Below, in pieces: positions 38,677-48,139 of a DNA stretch of 64,000 nt (positions are counted from its first letter, which is position 1; each line of letters begins with the position of its first letter). Location of the stretch: positions 287,765-351,764 of the forward strand of contig JAKBJL010000001.1 of assembly GCA_021836035.1 (NCBI GenBank). Direction: 5' to 3'. Under the pieces are notes generated by a model. That model made no database searches and was not told where the DNA came from. It saw only the letters and a list, made by a program, of their open reading frames with translations. The position numbers and the translations under genes are program-made. This DNA is from a bacterium (GTDB lineage Bacteria; Patescibacteriota; Microgenomatia; JAMCZE01).

Positions 38677-39698
38677 TGCAGGCCCGAAAGCGCGATATTT
38701 TATATGCCGGGATGGCCCTTCTCGGCTTGTGGTTGATATATATCGAGAGATCTGTTCTCACCCCCTTTCTTCTGGCTGCGGGGTTTGCTTATATTCTTAA
38801 CCCCTTTGTCAGTATCCTCTCGCATAAAATGCGCCTACCCCGGACCCTTTCCATCGGGCTGGTCTATCTGGTGATTATTACCATTTTGGTCTATTCAGGA
38901 ATATTTATCGGTGAAAGGTTGGGACGGGAATCGGCAGAATTATCGGGAGAGGCTAAGGTGTTAGTCCGGGCTCTCGAGACGCAAACATTATCCCTGCCGG
39001 ACTATCTTCAGGAACCGGTTAAAGAGATCATCGAGTCAACCAGGGCTTCTTTACTCTTGGCGCCCAGAAAAGCCCTACCCTATTTTTCCACCGCCCTATC
39101 CAAAACTATTAATTTTTTGGTTTTCCTAGTCGCCGCTTTTTATTTTTTAAAGGACGGGCAGAAGTTTATCGATGCATGGGAAAATCTTTTCCCGGAGGAT
39201 ACCAGGGTGGAGGTGGAGGTTGTTTTACGCAAAATTAACCACGTCCTGGGTAATTATTTACGGGCAGAACTGCTTTTGGTCTTAATCATAGCCACCCTGT
39301 CATTTATTGCCTTGACGTTGATGGGGGTAAAATACGCCCTAATCCTAGCCGTTTTTACAGGCTTCGCGGAGCTGATTCCCTATGTCGGGCTTACGGTCGC
39401 TACCATGGTAGCCGCAGTCGTGGCTTATTTTGACGGAGTTTCTGGCTTGGGGCTATCGCCTTTATATGAATCGTTGGTCGTAGCGGCGGTATATATTGTT
39501 TTAGACCAGCTGAAGGATCTTTTTATTGTTCCCCAAGTGCTCGGCAGGACGGCCAAGTTACACCCGCTGGTTATCTTATTAGCGGTTCTGGCCGGTGGTC
39601 ATTTATTCGGGGTTATAGGCTTTATTGTCGCGGTTCCTTTGGTCGCCTCCGGAAAAATTGTATTGGAGTACGCGTTGGAAAAGACCAGTCAAAAGTAG
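38676..39698 (+). CDS. AI-2E family transporter (UPF0118/PerM-like)
   Basis: 8-TM protein with the conserved ELIPYVG motif (FAELIPYVGLTVATM). 1-nt overlap with miaA. Confidence 0.8.
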   Translation: MQARKRDILYAGMALLGLWLIYIERSVLTPFLLAAGFAYILNPFVSILSHKMRLPRTLSIGLVYLVIITILVYSGIFIGERLGRESAELSGEAKVLVRALETQTLSLPDYLQEPVKEIIESTRASLLLAPRKALPYFSTALSKTINFLVFLVAAFYFLKDGQKFIDAWENLFPEDTRVEVEVVLRKINHVLGNYLRAELLLVLIIATLSFIALTLMGVKYALILAVFTGFAELIPYVGLTVATMVAAVVAYFDGVSGLGLSPLYESLVVAAVYIVLDQLKDLFIVPQVLGRTAKLHPLVILLAVLAGGHLFGVIGFIVAVPLVASGKIVLEYALEKTSQK

Positions 39699-39713
39699 TA
39701 AAATTCCCTTGTT

Positions 39714-40135
39714 CTTTGAGAGGCCGAGTGGCTACCCTTTGAATCTCCCCGCTCTTAGCGGGGATCGCTCAGGGCTATAACCCTGGATTCGCAGGGAGGA
39801 AAGTCCGGACTGCAGGAAGCAGGGTGCCCGCTGAAAGGCGGGGTTTATCCGCCTGTCCCTTCGGGGCAGTTGAGGTTGACAGTGAAGCTACAGAGACGAG
39901 TCCCTCGCCAGCCTAAAGCTGGCGGGAGGAGTGAAACGACGCAATTCTCCCCGCAGCAATCCGCCGAACGACCGGAAGGCAGCTTCCCCAAACGCCCGCC
40001 TGCAACGCTTTGCGTAGCAATACGGGCAGGGTCAAAGTAGCGGAGCATTAGATAGATGGCCAATCCCGAGAAAGGCCCCACGTTCGGCGTGGGGATTTAC
40101 AGGATAACAGAATCCGGCTTACGAGCCTCTCAAAG
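39714..40135 (+). ncRNA. rnpB: RNase P RNA, bacterial type A
   Basis: P4/CR-I region GGGAGGAAAGTCCGGACTGCAGGAAGCAGGGTGCCCGCTGAAAGGCGGGG matches the universal GAGGAAAGUCCGGGCUCC...GGGUGCC core. The 3' CR-V ACAGAATCCGGCTTA matches ACAGAACCCGGCUUA. P1 pairs 39714-39724 with 40125-40135. Confidence 0.88.
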
Positions 40136-40145
40136 GACAAAAATC

Positions 40146-40186
40146 AGGGGCTAGATAAACAAGCGGTTTTACTAGCTGCTAGCCCC
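40146..40186 (+). terminator. stem-loop (8-bp GGGGCTAG/CTAGCCCC, 25-nt loop) immediately 3' of rnpB
   Basis: Perfect 8-bp inverted repeat 40146-40153 / 40179-40186. A TATAAT at 40196-40201 follows, 6 nt before the GTG start of the next gene (leaderless-type). Confidence 0.4.
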
Positions 40187-40207
40187 TATGTACTCTATAA
40201 TGTATCT

Positions 40208-40666
40208 GTGGCTATCGTTTCCGAGAAACAAAAACTACGGCATGCGAAGTATCTGGCGGAAGGGGAACGGATTATTAAGGTTTTCGGCGTGGGCCGCCGC
40301 TACCTCTGGTTCTCGGTTTTAACCTATTTTCCCCTGGCTTTTCTTCTTATCGGTATGCCCAAGCTTTTGGAAGCACTTCATCTTTGGCACGCCAAGACTT
40401 ATATTTTTACGGATCGCCGGGTAATAATTAAGGATGGCATTTTTTCTATTAAAACTACCTCGGCCCCTTACGACAAGATAACCCATATTACCGTCCGGGA
40501 GGATTTTATGAAAAAATTATGCTACGGTATCGGCGATATTACTATTCATACTGCCGCCGCTGGCCCGCAGCCGATTGAAATTGATATTATTAAAGTGGAG
40601 GAACCGATGAAAATTAAAAACCTGTTGGAGCAATTGATGACCGCGGAAAAGCATGGAACAATCTGA
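40208..40666 (+). CDS. bacterial PH-domain (bPH_2/YdbT-like) membrane protein
   Basis: Two N-terminal TMs (WFSVLTYFPLAFLLIGMPKLL) followed by a PH-like domain (YIFTDRRVIIKDGIFSIKTTSAPYDKITHITVRE). GTG start. Confidence 0.65.
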   Translation: MAIVSEKQKLRHAKYLAEGERIIKVFGVGRRYLWFSVLTYFPLAFLLIGMPKLLEALHLWHAKTYIFTDRRVIIKDGIFSIKTTSAPYDKITHITVREDFMKKLCYGIGDITIHTAAAGPQPIEIDIIKVEEPMKIKNLLEQLMTAEKHGTI

Positions 40667-41384
40667 AAGTAAAAACCATTTCATCGGATTTTTGGCCCAT
40701 GAACTACGTAGCCCCATGGCTGTGACCAAGGGTTATATCAGCATGATTTTAGAGGGTACTGCCGGGCCGATTAGTGGTAAAGTCGAGGAGTTTCTTAAAG
40801 AGGTATACGAGAGTAACGAGCGCCTAATTAAACTAGTTAATGATATGGAGCGCGTAGTCCAGGTGGATAACGGAGCGGTTAAATTCAGCCCGGAGGCGGT
40901 ACCGTTGGCCACGGTAATTTCGGAAGTTGCTGCCGGATTTAAGGAAAAGATAGAAAAAAAAGGACTGACATTACGCTTCGTGCTTCCGGACGATCCCAAT
41001 CTGGCCATTGTAGCCGATAGGGCTTGTTTTACAGAGGTGGTATCCCGTTTGTTAGAAAATGCCGCTAAATTTACCGATAAAGGAGAAATTTCCCTGGCAA
41101 CCCGTCTCGAGGCGATCGATGGTCGGGATATGGTTACTTTAACCGTGAGCGATACGGGTTTGGGAATTTCCAAAGAAGATGCCGTGCGCGTTTTTGAAAA
41201 ATTCGGCAAAGGCGGACCCAAATTTACTGCGCACCGGGGCGGAACGGGGCTGGGTCTTTATATTGTGAAGAAATTGACGGATGATATGGGCGGGCGGGTC
41301 AGTTTTCGTTCGGAAGCCGGCCAGGGGAGCTCATTTTTTGTCAGTTTTCCCCGCTTTACAAAAAGCGGAGATGGATTAAAATAA
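40653..41384 (+). CDS. cytoplasmic histidine kinase core (HisKA + HATPase_c, no sensor/TM)
   Basis: H-box FLAHELRSPMAVTKGY. N, G1 (VSDTGLGI) and G2 (GGTGLGLYIVKK) boxes. Confidence 0.8.
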   Translation: MEQSESKNHFIGFLAHELRSPMAVTKGYISMILEGTAGPISGKVEEFLKEVYESNERLIKLVNDMERVVQVDNGAVKFSPEAVPLATVISEVAAGFKEKIEKKGLTLRFVLPDDPNLAIVADRACFTEVVSRLLENAAKFTDKGEISLATRLEAIDGRDMVTLTVSDTGLGISKEDAVRVFEKFGKGGPKFTAHRGGTGLGLYIVKKLTDDMGGRVSFRSEAGQGSSFFVSFPRFTKSGDGLK

Positions 41385-41394
41385 AATAAAGGCT

Positions 41395-41784
41395 ATGAAG
41401 ATTCTGATTATTGAAGATGATCCTTCTATTGCCAAGCTTTATCAGGTAGAGCTGGCTTCCCGGGGCTACAAGGTAGAAATCGCGACAGACGGAGAATCGG
41501 GTATTGCTAAAGCAAAAGAATGGATCCCTGACCTGGTGCTTATTGATATTATGATGCCGAAGATCAACGGTATCGATACGCTGAAGGCGATCAAAGCAGA
41601 CCCGAATCTTAAAAATGTGATCGCGATGATGCTGACCAATTTTGGCCAGGATAATCTCGTGAAAGAAGCCTTCGCCGGAGGCGCCAGCGATTACGTATTA
41701 AAATACCAGAGTACTCCGGCAGAGGTGGCCGAAAAGGTGGGGCAGCATCTTTTTCCTAAAGAAGCCAAACAGCCGGCTAGTTAA
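41395..41784 (+). CDS. response regulator, receiver domain only
   Basis: MKILIIEDD...DLVLIDIMMPKINGIDTLKAIK...MMLTNFG. No output domain (129 aa). Confidence 0.85.
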   Translation: MKILIIEDDPSIAKLYQVELASRGYKVEIATDGESGIAKAKEWIPDLVLIDIMMPKINGIDTLKAIKADPNLKNVIAMMLTNFGQDNLVKEAFAGGASDYVLKYQSTPAEVAEKVGQHLFPKEAKQPAS

Positions 41785-43481
41785 TGCTTCCGATTGAAGC
41801 TGCCGTTTTTTTAACCCCCCTTGCTCTTCTTACTCTTGTCCTCTCTTTTTATGAAATCAAAAAATCCCAGCGGGAAATTGAACAAAAGAAACACCAAATT
41901 GACCAGCGAATTTATGAAACGCTGATTTTGCGGGAGGTTGGGGAACGAATCGGTTATGAATTAAATATCGAGAAAATCCTGGATACGATTATTTCCTCAC
42001 TGACCAAATTAATTCCTTATTCCACGGCTTCATATATGCTTTTAACCGATGACCCGGGAAAAGTTATTTTCCGCGTACATTTGGACGAAGCGGTTAACCG
42101 TAAATTTATCGAAGCGCAGACAGAACCGATGTTGGTCCAGCTAAACCAGGTTACGGGAAAACAATACAAGAGGGAAAACCTGGCAGAAAGCCTTTCCGGA
42201 ACGATTGTCGATGAGGGCACGCGTGACGCGATGGCCTCTTTCTGGTCTACCCCCTTAATCATTAACGACCGCGGGCGGGGAGTAATGGCCGTAGCCAGCA
42301 AGAAACCGGGATTATATCAGGGGGAAGAGATGCAGGTGCTCGGTAAGATTTTGGCCCAGGCTAACCGGGCCGTAAATCAGCTGGAAAAAGTACTGGCGAC
42401 GGAAAAAGGCAAGCTAAACGCTATGGTCGAGTCCTTAGCGGATGGGATTTTAATGTTGGACAGCAATGAAAATCTGGTAGTAGTTAATCCGGCGGCTAAA
42501 AGGATGTTGGGTTTGGCGGAGAGGGAGAACACTACAATTTTTGATGTCGCGGAAGCTTTAATGGGTAAGGTGGATATCCGCACAAAATTTGAAGAAAGCC
42601 TGAAGTACGATAAATTGGTTACCCAGGATGAAGTTTTAGTAAATGACCACTGCTCGCAGCTTCTGGTTACCCCGGTTAAAGACAGCTCCGGGAAAATTTT
42701 AGGCGGGGTGGTATTATTTCATGATATTACCACCCAAAAAGAATTAGAAAGACTACGCCAGGATTTTACCGCGATGATGGTTCACGAGTTACGGGCGCCG
42801 CTGACGGTTGCCCGGGGGACAGCGGACATGTTTATGAATAACCCCCGATTGGCCGGGGAAGACGGCGGCAAAGAACTTTTAGCCAATTTACAAACCTCGG
42901 TTAATTCCATGCTGGCTCTCGTTAACGATTTGCTGGATGTCGCCAAAATTGAGGCCGGGAAATTCCAGATTAGCAAAAGTAGGAATAAGATCGGTGAGGT
43001 GATCGCGGAAAAGGTGAAATTTTTCCAGCCGATGGCCGGCGAAAAAAAGCTGAATTTACAGGCAAAAGCGGCAGAAAATATCCCCGAGGCGGATTTCGAC
43101 CGCGAAAGGATTTCCCAGGTGCTGAACAATCTGATCAGTAATGCCATTAAATTTTCCTCCGCGGGAGGGACAATCACAATCTCGGCGCTGCTTTTAAATA
43201 AGCCCGGAGAATTCCGTCCCCAGTATTCGGGCGCCAGCATGCCGGAAATTAGTTGCCCGGCGATTTTGGTTTCCGTCAGCGACGAAGGGGTAGGCATTCC
43301 GCCGGAAAAAATTCCCGACCTCTTTTCCAAATTTAAGCAGTTGACTCCGAGTAGCGGAACGAAAGGAACGGGGTTGGGTCTTTCCATTGCCAAGGGGATT
43401 ATTGAAGCCCACGGAGGGAAGATTTTTGTTGAGAGCGAACCCGGTTCCGGATCGATTTTCCATTTTACCCTTCCGGCATAA
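41784..43481 (+). CDS. sensor histidine kinase with N-terminal TM, GAF and PAS domains
   Basis: H-box MMVHELRAPLTVARG. N box LISNAIKFS. G boxes VSDEGVGIP and GTGLGLSIAKGIIEAHGGKI. Upstream GAF-like and PAS-like segments. Confidence 0.85.
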   Translation: MLPIEAAVFLTPLALLTLVLSFYEIKKSQREIEQKKHQIDQRIYETLILREVGERIGYELNIEKILDTIISSLTKLIPYSTASYMLLTDDPGKVIFRVHLDEAVNRKFIEAQTEPMLVQLNQVTGKQYKRENLAESLSGTIVDEGTRDAMASFWSTPLIINDRGRGVMAVASKKPGLYQGEEMQVLGKILAQANRAVNQLEKVLATEKGKLNAMVESLADGILMLDSNENLVVVNPAAKRMLGLAERENTTIFDVAEALMGKVDIRTKFEESLKYDKLVTQDEVLVNDHCSQLLVTPVKDSSGKILGGVVLFHDITTQKELERLRQDFTAMMVHELRAPLTVARGTADMFMNNPRLAGEDGGKELLANLQTSVNSMLALVNDLLDVAKIEAGKFQISKSRNKIGEVIAEKVKFFQPMAGEKKLNLQAKAAENIPEADFDRERISQVLNNLISNAIKFSSAGGTITISALLLNKPGEFRPQYSGASMPEISCPAILVSVSDEGVGIPPEKIPDLFSKFKQLTPSSGTKGTGLGLSIAKGIIEAHGGKIFVESEPGSGSIFHFTLPA

Positions 43482-43509
43482 AAAATATTTTACGTGGTAC
43501 AATGGTTCT

Positions 43510-43887
43510 ATGAACAAAATACTCTTAATAGAAGATGATTTAGCCTTAACCAAGCTCTATAGGGTGGCTTTGGAAAGCAAGGGTTTCCAAGTAGAGGAAG
43601 CCCACGACGGAACGGAAGGAATGCAAAAGATTGCCGGCGGCGGATATGACCTGGTGGTTCTGGATTTGATGCTGCCCGGTATCAACGGCTTTGATATTTT
43701 AAAAGATCTTCGGAAAGCGGAGGCTACCAAAAATCTGCCGGTAGTTGTTCTGACCAATTTGACAGGGCCGGAAGTGAACAATCTTCCCGCCCTGGGTATT
43801 TCCGATTTAGTTTTAAAAGCAGCCGTAACGCCTGCCGAGTTCACCGAACGCGTGGAAAAGGTTTTTGCTTCCGCCCCAAATTTTTAG
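43510..43887 (+). CDS. response regulator, receiver domain only
   Basis: MNKILLIEDDLALTKLY...DLVVLDLMLPGINGFDIL...VVVLTNLTG. The ORF-track start at 43387 overlaps the HK, so ATG 43510 was chosen. Confidence 0.85.
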   Translation: MNKILLIEDDLALTKLYRVALESKGFQVEEAHDGTEGMQKIAGGGYDLVVLDLMLPGINGFDILKDLRKAEATKNLPVVVLTNLTGPEVNNLPALGISDLVLKAAVTPAEFTERVEKVFASAPNF

Positions 43888-44014
43888 GACTTGCCAGAGG
43901 GAAAGTTGAGGATTGCAATTCCATCTTTAGCGATTTTAAATTATCGTGGTGGAGGCAATAACCCCGCGCTCAGTGTGAGCGGACTTACGGGATTGACCCA
44001 CGCTTAAATCGGGG

Positions 44015-44043
44015 TTGACATTTAGCAATCATTCTGTTAGACT
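44015..44043 (+). promoter_or_regulatory. sigma70-like promoter upstream of lon (TTGACA-17 nt-TAGACT)
   Basis: -35 TTGACA at 44015-44020, a 17-nt spacer, -10 TAGACT at 44038-44043. Tight hairpin CGCTCA-GTG-TGAGCG at 43967-43981 just upstream. Confidence 0.45.
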
Positions 44044-44054
44044 GCCAAAGTTTT

Positions 44055-46565
44055 ATGGAAGAAACTGCCAAAATATTACCGATAACTCCTCTTCGCGATT
44101 CCCCGGTCTTTCCCAGCGCGGAGACAGTCCTGGTTTTCGGGAGGGACAGATCCGTAGCGGCTTTGAAAGCCGCTTGGGAAAAGGACAAACTGATTTTTGT
44201 GGTCATGCAAAAAGATGCGGGGAAAAGCGACCCCATGTCGATAAGCGACATTTACAGCATCGGCACGATTTGCCAGGTGAAGCACGTTTTACAGACTGAC
44301 GGTGAGTTATCCGCCTCAGTTGTCGGGCTTAGCCGGGCCCGGGCCCGGTCTTTCCGGGTAGCGGATCAATATAGCGAGGTGGAGGTCAGCGAAATTACCG
44401 AGGAGATGGGTGAGGGCGAAGAAATCTACGCCCTGGCCCACCACATTATTTCCGAATTTCAAAATGCCGTTCGCCTCGGCAAGCCTTTTGATTTCCTGGC
44501 GATGATGAAGATCATGTCCGGCGGGACCCCGACCCAGTTAGCCGACCAGGTTATTCCCATGTTAGACCTTAAGCCTGAAGAGAGGCAGCATTTGCTGGAA
44601 GAAACCAATGTTAAATCCCGCCTGGAAAAAATTGCCGCCCAGCTGTCCAAAGAATTGAAAATCTTGGAGCTGGAACGCAAAATTGCTTCCCAGGCACAGG
44701 CTAAAATCGACAAGAGCATTAAAGAGAGCGTTTTACGGGAGCGCAAACGGGCGATTGAAGAGGAATTAGGCGAAGGCGATCCGGAGGATAAGGATATTAA
44801 AGAGCTGAAAGATAAAGCCGCTAAAGCCGGGATGCCGCCGGATGTTAAAAAGAAAGCGGACAAGGAGATAAAAAGACTGGAGCAGATGAGCAGTATGAAT
44901 CCGGAACATGGTTATATCCGGGCGTATCTTGATTGGCTCCTGGATATGCCGTGGAGTGCCCGTTCGGCCAACAATACCGATATCCGCGAAGCGGAAAAGA
45001 TTCTCGATGAAGACCATTATGGTTTGGAGAAAGTCAAGGAAAGGATTGTGGAATATCTGGCGGTTTTGAAGTTAAAACACGCCCGGATGGAAGCGGAGAA
45101 AGCCGTCCGCGGGGAGGAAGAAAAAGACAGCCTGGACGGGGAAGAGGGCGACGATAAACCGGCGCCGAATTTGCCGGCTCCGGAGATTAAAAAGAAAAAA
45201 ACCTCCACGCCGACCATCCTTTGTTTTGTCGGTCCGCCGGGTGTAGGGAAAACGAGTTTGGGCAAATCGATCGCGCGGGCCTTAGGTCGAAAATTCGTTC
45301 GTATTTCCCTGGGCGGGATCCGCGACGAAGCGGAAATTCGCGGGCACCGGAGAACTTATGTCGGGGCTCTTCCCGGCCGTATCGTTCAGGGGATTAAACA
45401 AGTGGGGACGAAAAATCCGGTTTTTATGCTTGACGAAATTGACAAAGTAGGTAACGATTTCAGGGGTGATCCTTCAGCCGCGCTTTTGGAGGCTTTGGAC
45501 CCGGAACAAAATAACGCCTTTTCGGACCATTATCTCGAGGTGCCTTTTGACCTTTCGGAAGTGATTTTTATCACTACCGCCAATGTTTTGGAGACGATTC
45601 CGCCCGCGCTTCTTGACCGTCTGGAAATAATTCACTTTCCGGGTTATACCACCGAAGAAAAGTTCCATATTGCCAAGAAGTATTTGATTGCCAAACAGAT
45701 AGAAGCAAATGGTTTAAATGGGGGGCAAACGCAGATTACCGATCCCGCTCTTAAAACTATAATTACCCGTTATACCCACGAGGCGGGAGTCCGCAATCTA
45801 GAAAGAGAGATCGCGACGGTGATGCGTAAATTAGCCAAAAAGCAGGCGGAAGGAAAAGCCGCCCGAAAAATGGTGGTTTCCCCGGCCTCATTACATAAAT
45901 ATTTGGGACCGTACAAATTCAGTTCTACCATTGCCGAACGTAAAGATGAAGTAGGACTCGCCACCGGCTTATTCTGGAGCCCGGCAGGTGGTGGCATCTT
46001 ATTTATTGAAGTTGCTATCATGCCCGGGAAGGGAGGCCTGACCCTTACCGGGCACCTAGGTGATGTGATGCAGGAATCAGCGCGCGCGGCGATGTCCTAT
46101 GTCCGGAGCCGCTGGAAAGTCTTGGGGTTGGACGAGAAATTTTTCCAGAAAATTGATGTCCATGTCCATGTACCCGAAGGTGGAATGCCTAAAGACGGTC
46201 CGTCGGCCGGAATTGCTATTACCACCGCCCTGGCTTCGGCCTTAACCAAAATTCCGGTAAAAAAATATATCGGGATGACCGGAGAAGTAACCTTGCGCGG
46301 TCGATCACTGGAAGTCGGCGGGATTAAAGAAAAAGTCATCGGAGCACACCTGGCCGGTCTGAAAACAATTATTATGCCCAAGGATAACCGGAAAGATTTG
46401 GAAGATATTCCGAAGTATATTCTAAAAGACTTGGATTTCCGGTTTGTGGAGAATATGGACGAAGTATTAGATATTGCTTTAATATCTAAACCCCGCACAA
46501 ACAGAAAGCCGAAGTCCGTTCGCCATCCCCGCCATTTGCCCGCTTTCCAAACTTTGGAGAGCTAA
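44055..46565 (+). CDS. lon: ATP-dependent Lon protease (LonA)
   Basis: LON N-terminal domain. AAA+ Walker A GPPGVGKTS. Sensor motifs. Protease Ser-Lys dyad region DGPSAGIAITTALASALT. Confidence 0.93.
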   Translation: MEETAKILPITPLRDSPVFPSAETVLVFGRDRSVAALKAAWEKDKLIFVVMQKDAGKSDPMSISDIYSIGTICQVKHVLQTDGELSASVVGLSRARARSFRVADQYSEVEVSEITEEMGEGEEIYALAHHIISEFQNAVRLGKPFDFLAMMKIMSGGTPTQLADQVIPMLDLKPEERQHLLEETNVKSRLEKIAAQLSKELKILELERKIASQAQAKIDKSIKESVLRERKRAIEEELGEGDPEDKDIKELKDKAAKAGMPPDVKKKADKEIKRLEQMSSMNPEHGYIRAYLDWLLDMPWSARSANNTDIREAEKILDEDHYGLEKVKERIVEYLAVLKLKHARMEAEKAVRGEEEKDSLDGEEGDDKPAPNLPAPEIKKKKTSTPTILCFVGPPGVGKTSLGKSIARALGRKFVRISLGGIRDEAEIRGHRRTYVGALPGRIVQGIKQVGTKNPVFMLDEIDKVGNDFRGDPSAALLEALDPEQNNAFSDHYLEVPFDLSEVIFITTANVLETIPPALLDRLEIIHFPGYTTEEKFHIAKKYLIAKQIEANGLNGGQTQITDPALKTIITRYTHEAGVRNLEREIATVMRKLAKKQAEGKAARKMVVSPASLHKYLGPYKFSSTIAERKDEVGLATGLFWSPAGGGILFIEVAIMPGKGGLTLTGHLGDVMQESARAAMSYVRSRWKVLGLDEKFFQKIDVHVHVPEGGMPKDGPSAGIAITTALASALTKIPVKKYIGMTGEVTLRGRSLEVGGIKEKVIGAHLAGLKTIIMPKDNRKDLEDIPKYILKDLDFRFVENMDEVLDIALISKPRTNRKPKSVRHPRHLPAFQTLES

Positions 46566-46573
46566 CAGAAGAG

Positions 46574-46711
46574 TTAAAAGTACAAAAACCCCAGGGCTTT
46601 ATAAATTAAAAAAGCCGGCCAGAAAAGGGATTTAAAGATACCAATGAGTATCGGTTGCAGCTGCCCGTTAGCCTGCGGTAAAAAGTAAAAAAGAGCGCCG
46701 ATGACACCCAT
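46574..46711 (-). CDS. possible small hydrophobic peptide (45 aa)
   Basis: ATG...TAA ORF MGVIGALFYFLPQANGQLQPILIGIFKSLFWPAFLIYKALGFLYF, below the track cutoff. A perfect TATAAT on the minus strand sits about 110 nt upstream (46822-46827). No homology evidence. Confidence 0.25.
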   Translation of the reverse strand: MGVIGALFYFLPQANGQLQPILIGIFKSLFWPAFLIYKALGFLYF

Positions 46712-47454
46712 CCCGTAAACCGCACCCGATCCGCCGCAACTTACACCCCTGATTTTATTTTCGGTAATATATTTTCACCTGCTTTCCGCTTCAGACTAAC
46801 ACTTCTCCCGAGGAACCGCAAATTATACTTTTTAAAATAGTAATAAGTTGAATGGTAATAAATTCTAAGTTTATTTGGCAATTGAAAAAATACGCCCAGG
46901 TTCGTAATGTTTGCCAATGGTTTTTTGTGCATAGGTATTTGTATATATAGGCCAGAGGCATATTTCCTTAGGGGAATATTTCTCGGTAATTTCTCTTGAC
47001 TTAAAAATTAAGGGAATATCTAAGCGGCCAAAATGATAGGGGAACCCCCGGGTGTTGATTTTCCTGCCCGGGAACAAGAATAGCCACTTCTCCAAGTTGA
47101 AAACCCCAATGTTAAATTTCTCCGAGAGCATATCAAAAAATATTACTCCAAGTTAGGACTTAGATCCTCAGAGGTGGCAACAGTGGGCGTATCCGAAGCG
47201 TTCGGAATTAGAGAATTTAGGGCTCGGAGAGGCCGTATGATATAAAATTACGGATCTGCACGCTAAGGTTTTGCTGAAAACTTAGCGTGCCGGAGCGGAA
47301 AATAGATCAGAAAGAGCGGCATCTTCGGGGCCTTCATTAGTAAGAAATCCGCCGGGGGAAATAGTATGCGGAGCTGTCCTCGGTTGCCGGGCTTTCGCGG
47401 AGAAACAATCTAAAGCTAAAGAAAGGAAAGGCGGCCGGTAAAGCCGGGTGAAGC

Positions 47455-47907
47455 TTACTCCGTAGTGACGCCGTTAAATTCCGGGGAGTCTTTTTCCGCT
47501 TCGGCTTTAGTGGCCCGGACGACTTTATCCTGATGATGGGCCGGGGAATAAATGGTATAAAGCTTTAGTTGATCAACGGCAGAGGTGTTGATAACGTTAT
47601 GTTGAGCTCCGGCGGGTACGATGACGGCATCACCGTCCGAAATTTCATATTCATTGCCGTCGATAATTACTTTTCCCTGACCGGTTTCGAAGCGGAAAAA
47701 CTGGTCATTATCGGGGTGGACTTCCATGCCGATTTCTTCATTGGGTTTAAGAGCCATCAATACCAGCTGGCTATGCTTCCCCGTATAAAGCACGTGCCGG
47801 AAATCGTTATTTTCCTGGGTTAATTTTTCGATTTTGTCTTTGTAACCGTGCATAAGTCCCTCAAAATAATATACCACATTATGCAATTTGGGCAAAGAGG
47901 AAAACAT
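47455..47907 (-). CDS. cupin-domain protein
   Basis: Conserved cupin motifs G(X)5HxH...E-like and VIDGNEYEISDGDAVIVPAGAQHNVIN. AGGGGA SD before ATG 47907. The upstream TTG extension was rejected. Confidence 0.6.
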   Translation of the reverse strand: MFSSLPKLHNVVYYFEGLMHGYKDKIEKLTQENNDFRHVLYTGKHSQLVLMALKPNEEIGMEVHPDNDQFFRFETGQGKVIIDGNEYEISDGDAVIVPAGAQHNVINTSAVDQLKLYTIYSPAHHQDKVVRATKAEAEKDSPEFNGVTTE

Positions 47908-48139
47908 AATATTTCCCCTAACCTTTCGCACAGATCGGACGAGTAGTATCAAAAAAAGGGGTTATGAAGAATGTTCTTGACATGATCTTTAACAAAAATA
48001 TTACCCCGCCGGATAATTTTCTCCTCTTGCCGGGAGAGGGGAGCAAACGGTTTTCAGCATCCTGCGGATCTAACGGCCTGGCCACTTATTATTAACTTTA
48101 TATCCATAATACTGTCGGAGGAAAAAGGGGGAGGAATAA

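Noticed and set aside
39845-40081. 78-codon minus-strand ORF
   Set aside because: Lies entirely within the RNase P RNA gene (rnpB), whose conserved P4/CR-I and CR-V motifs are present. Coding call is spurious.
47221-47250. Sequence GAGGCCGTATGATATAAAATTACGGATC resembling a group II intron domain V (GAGCCGUAUG...ACGUACGGUUC)
   Set aside because: Only the outer stem halves resemble DV. The upper helix/GNRA tetraloop and AGC triad pairing are absent (G-A mismatch). No intron-encoded protein or other domains nearby.
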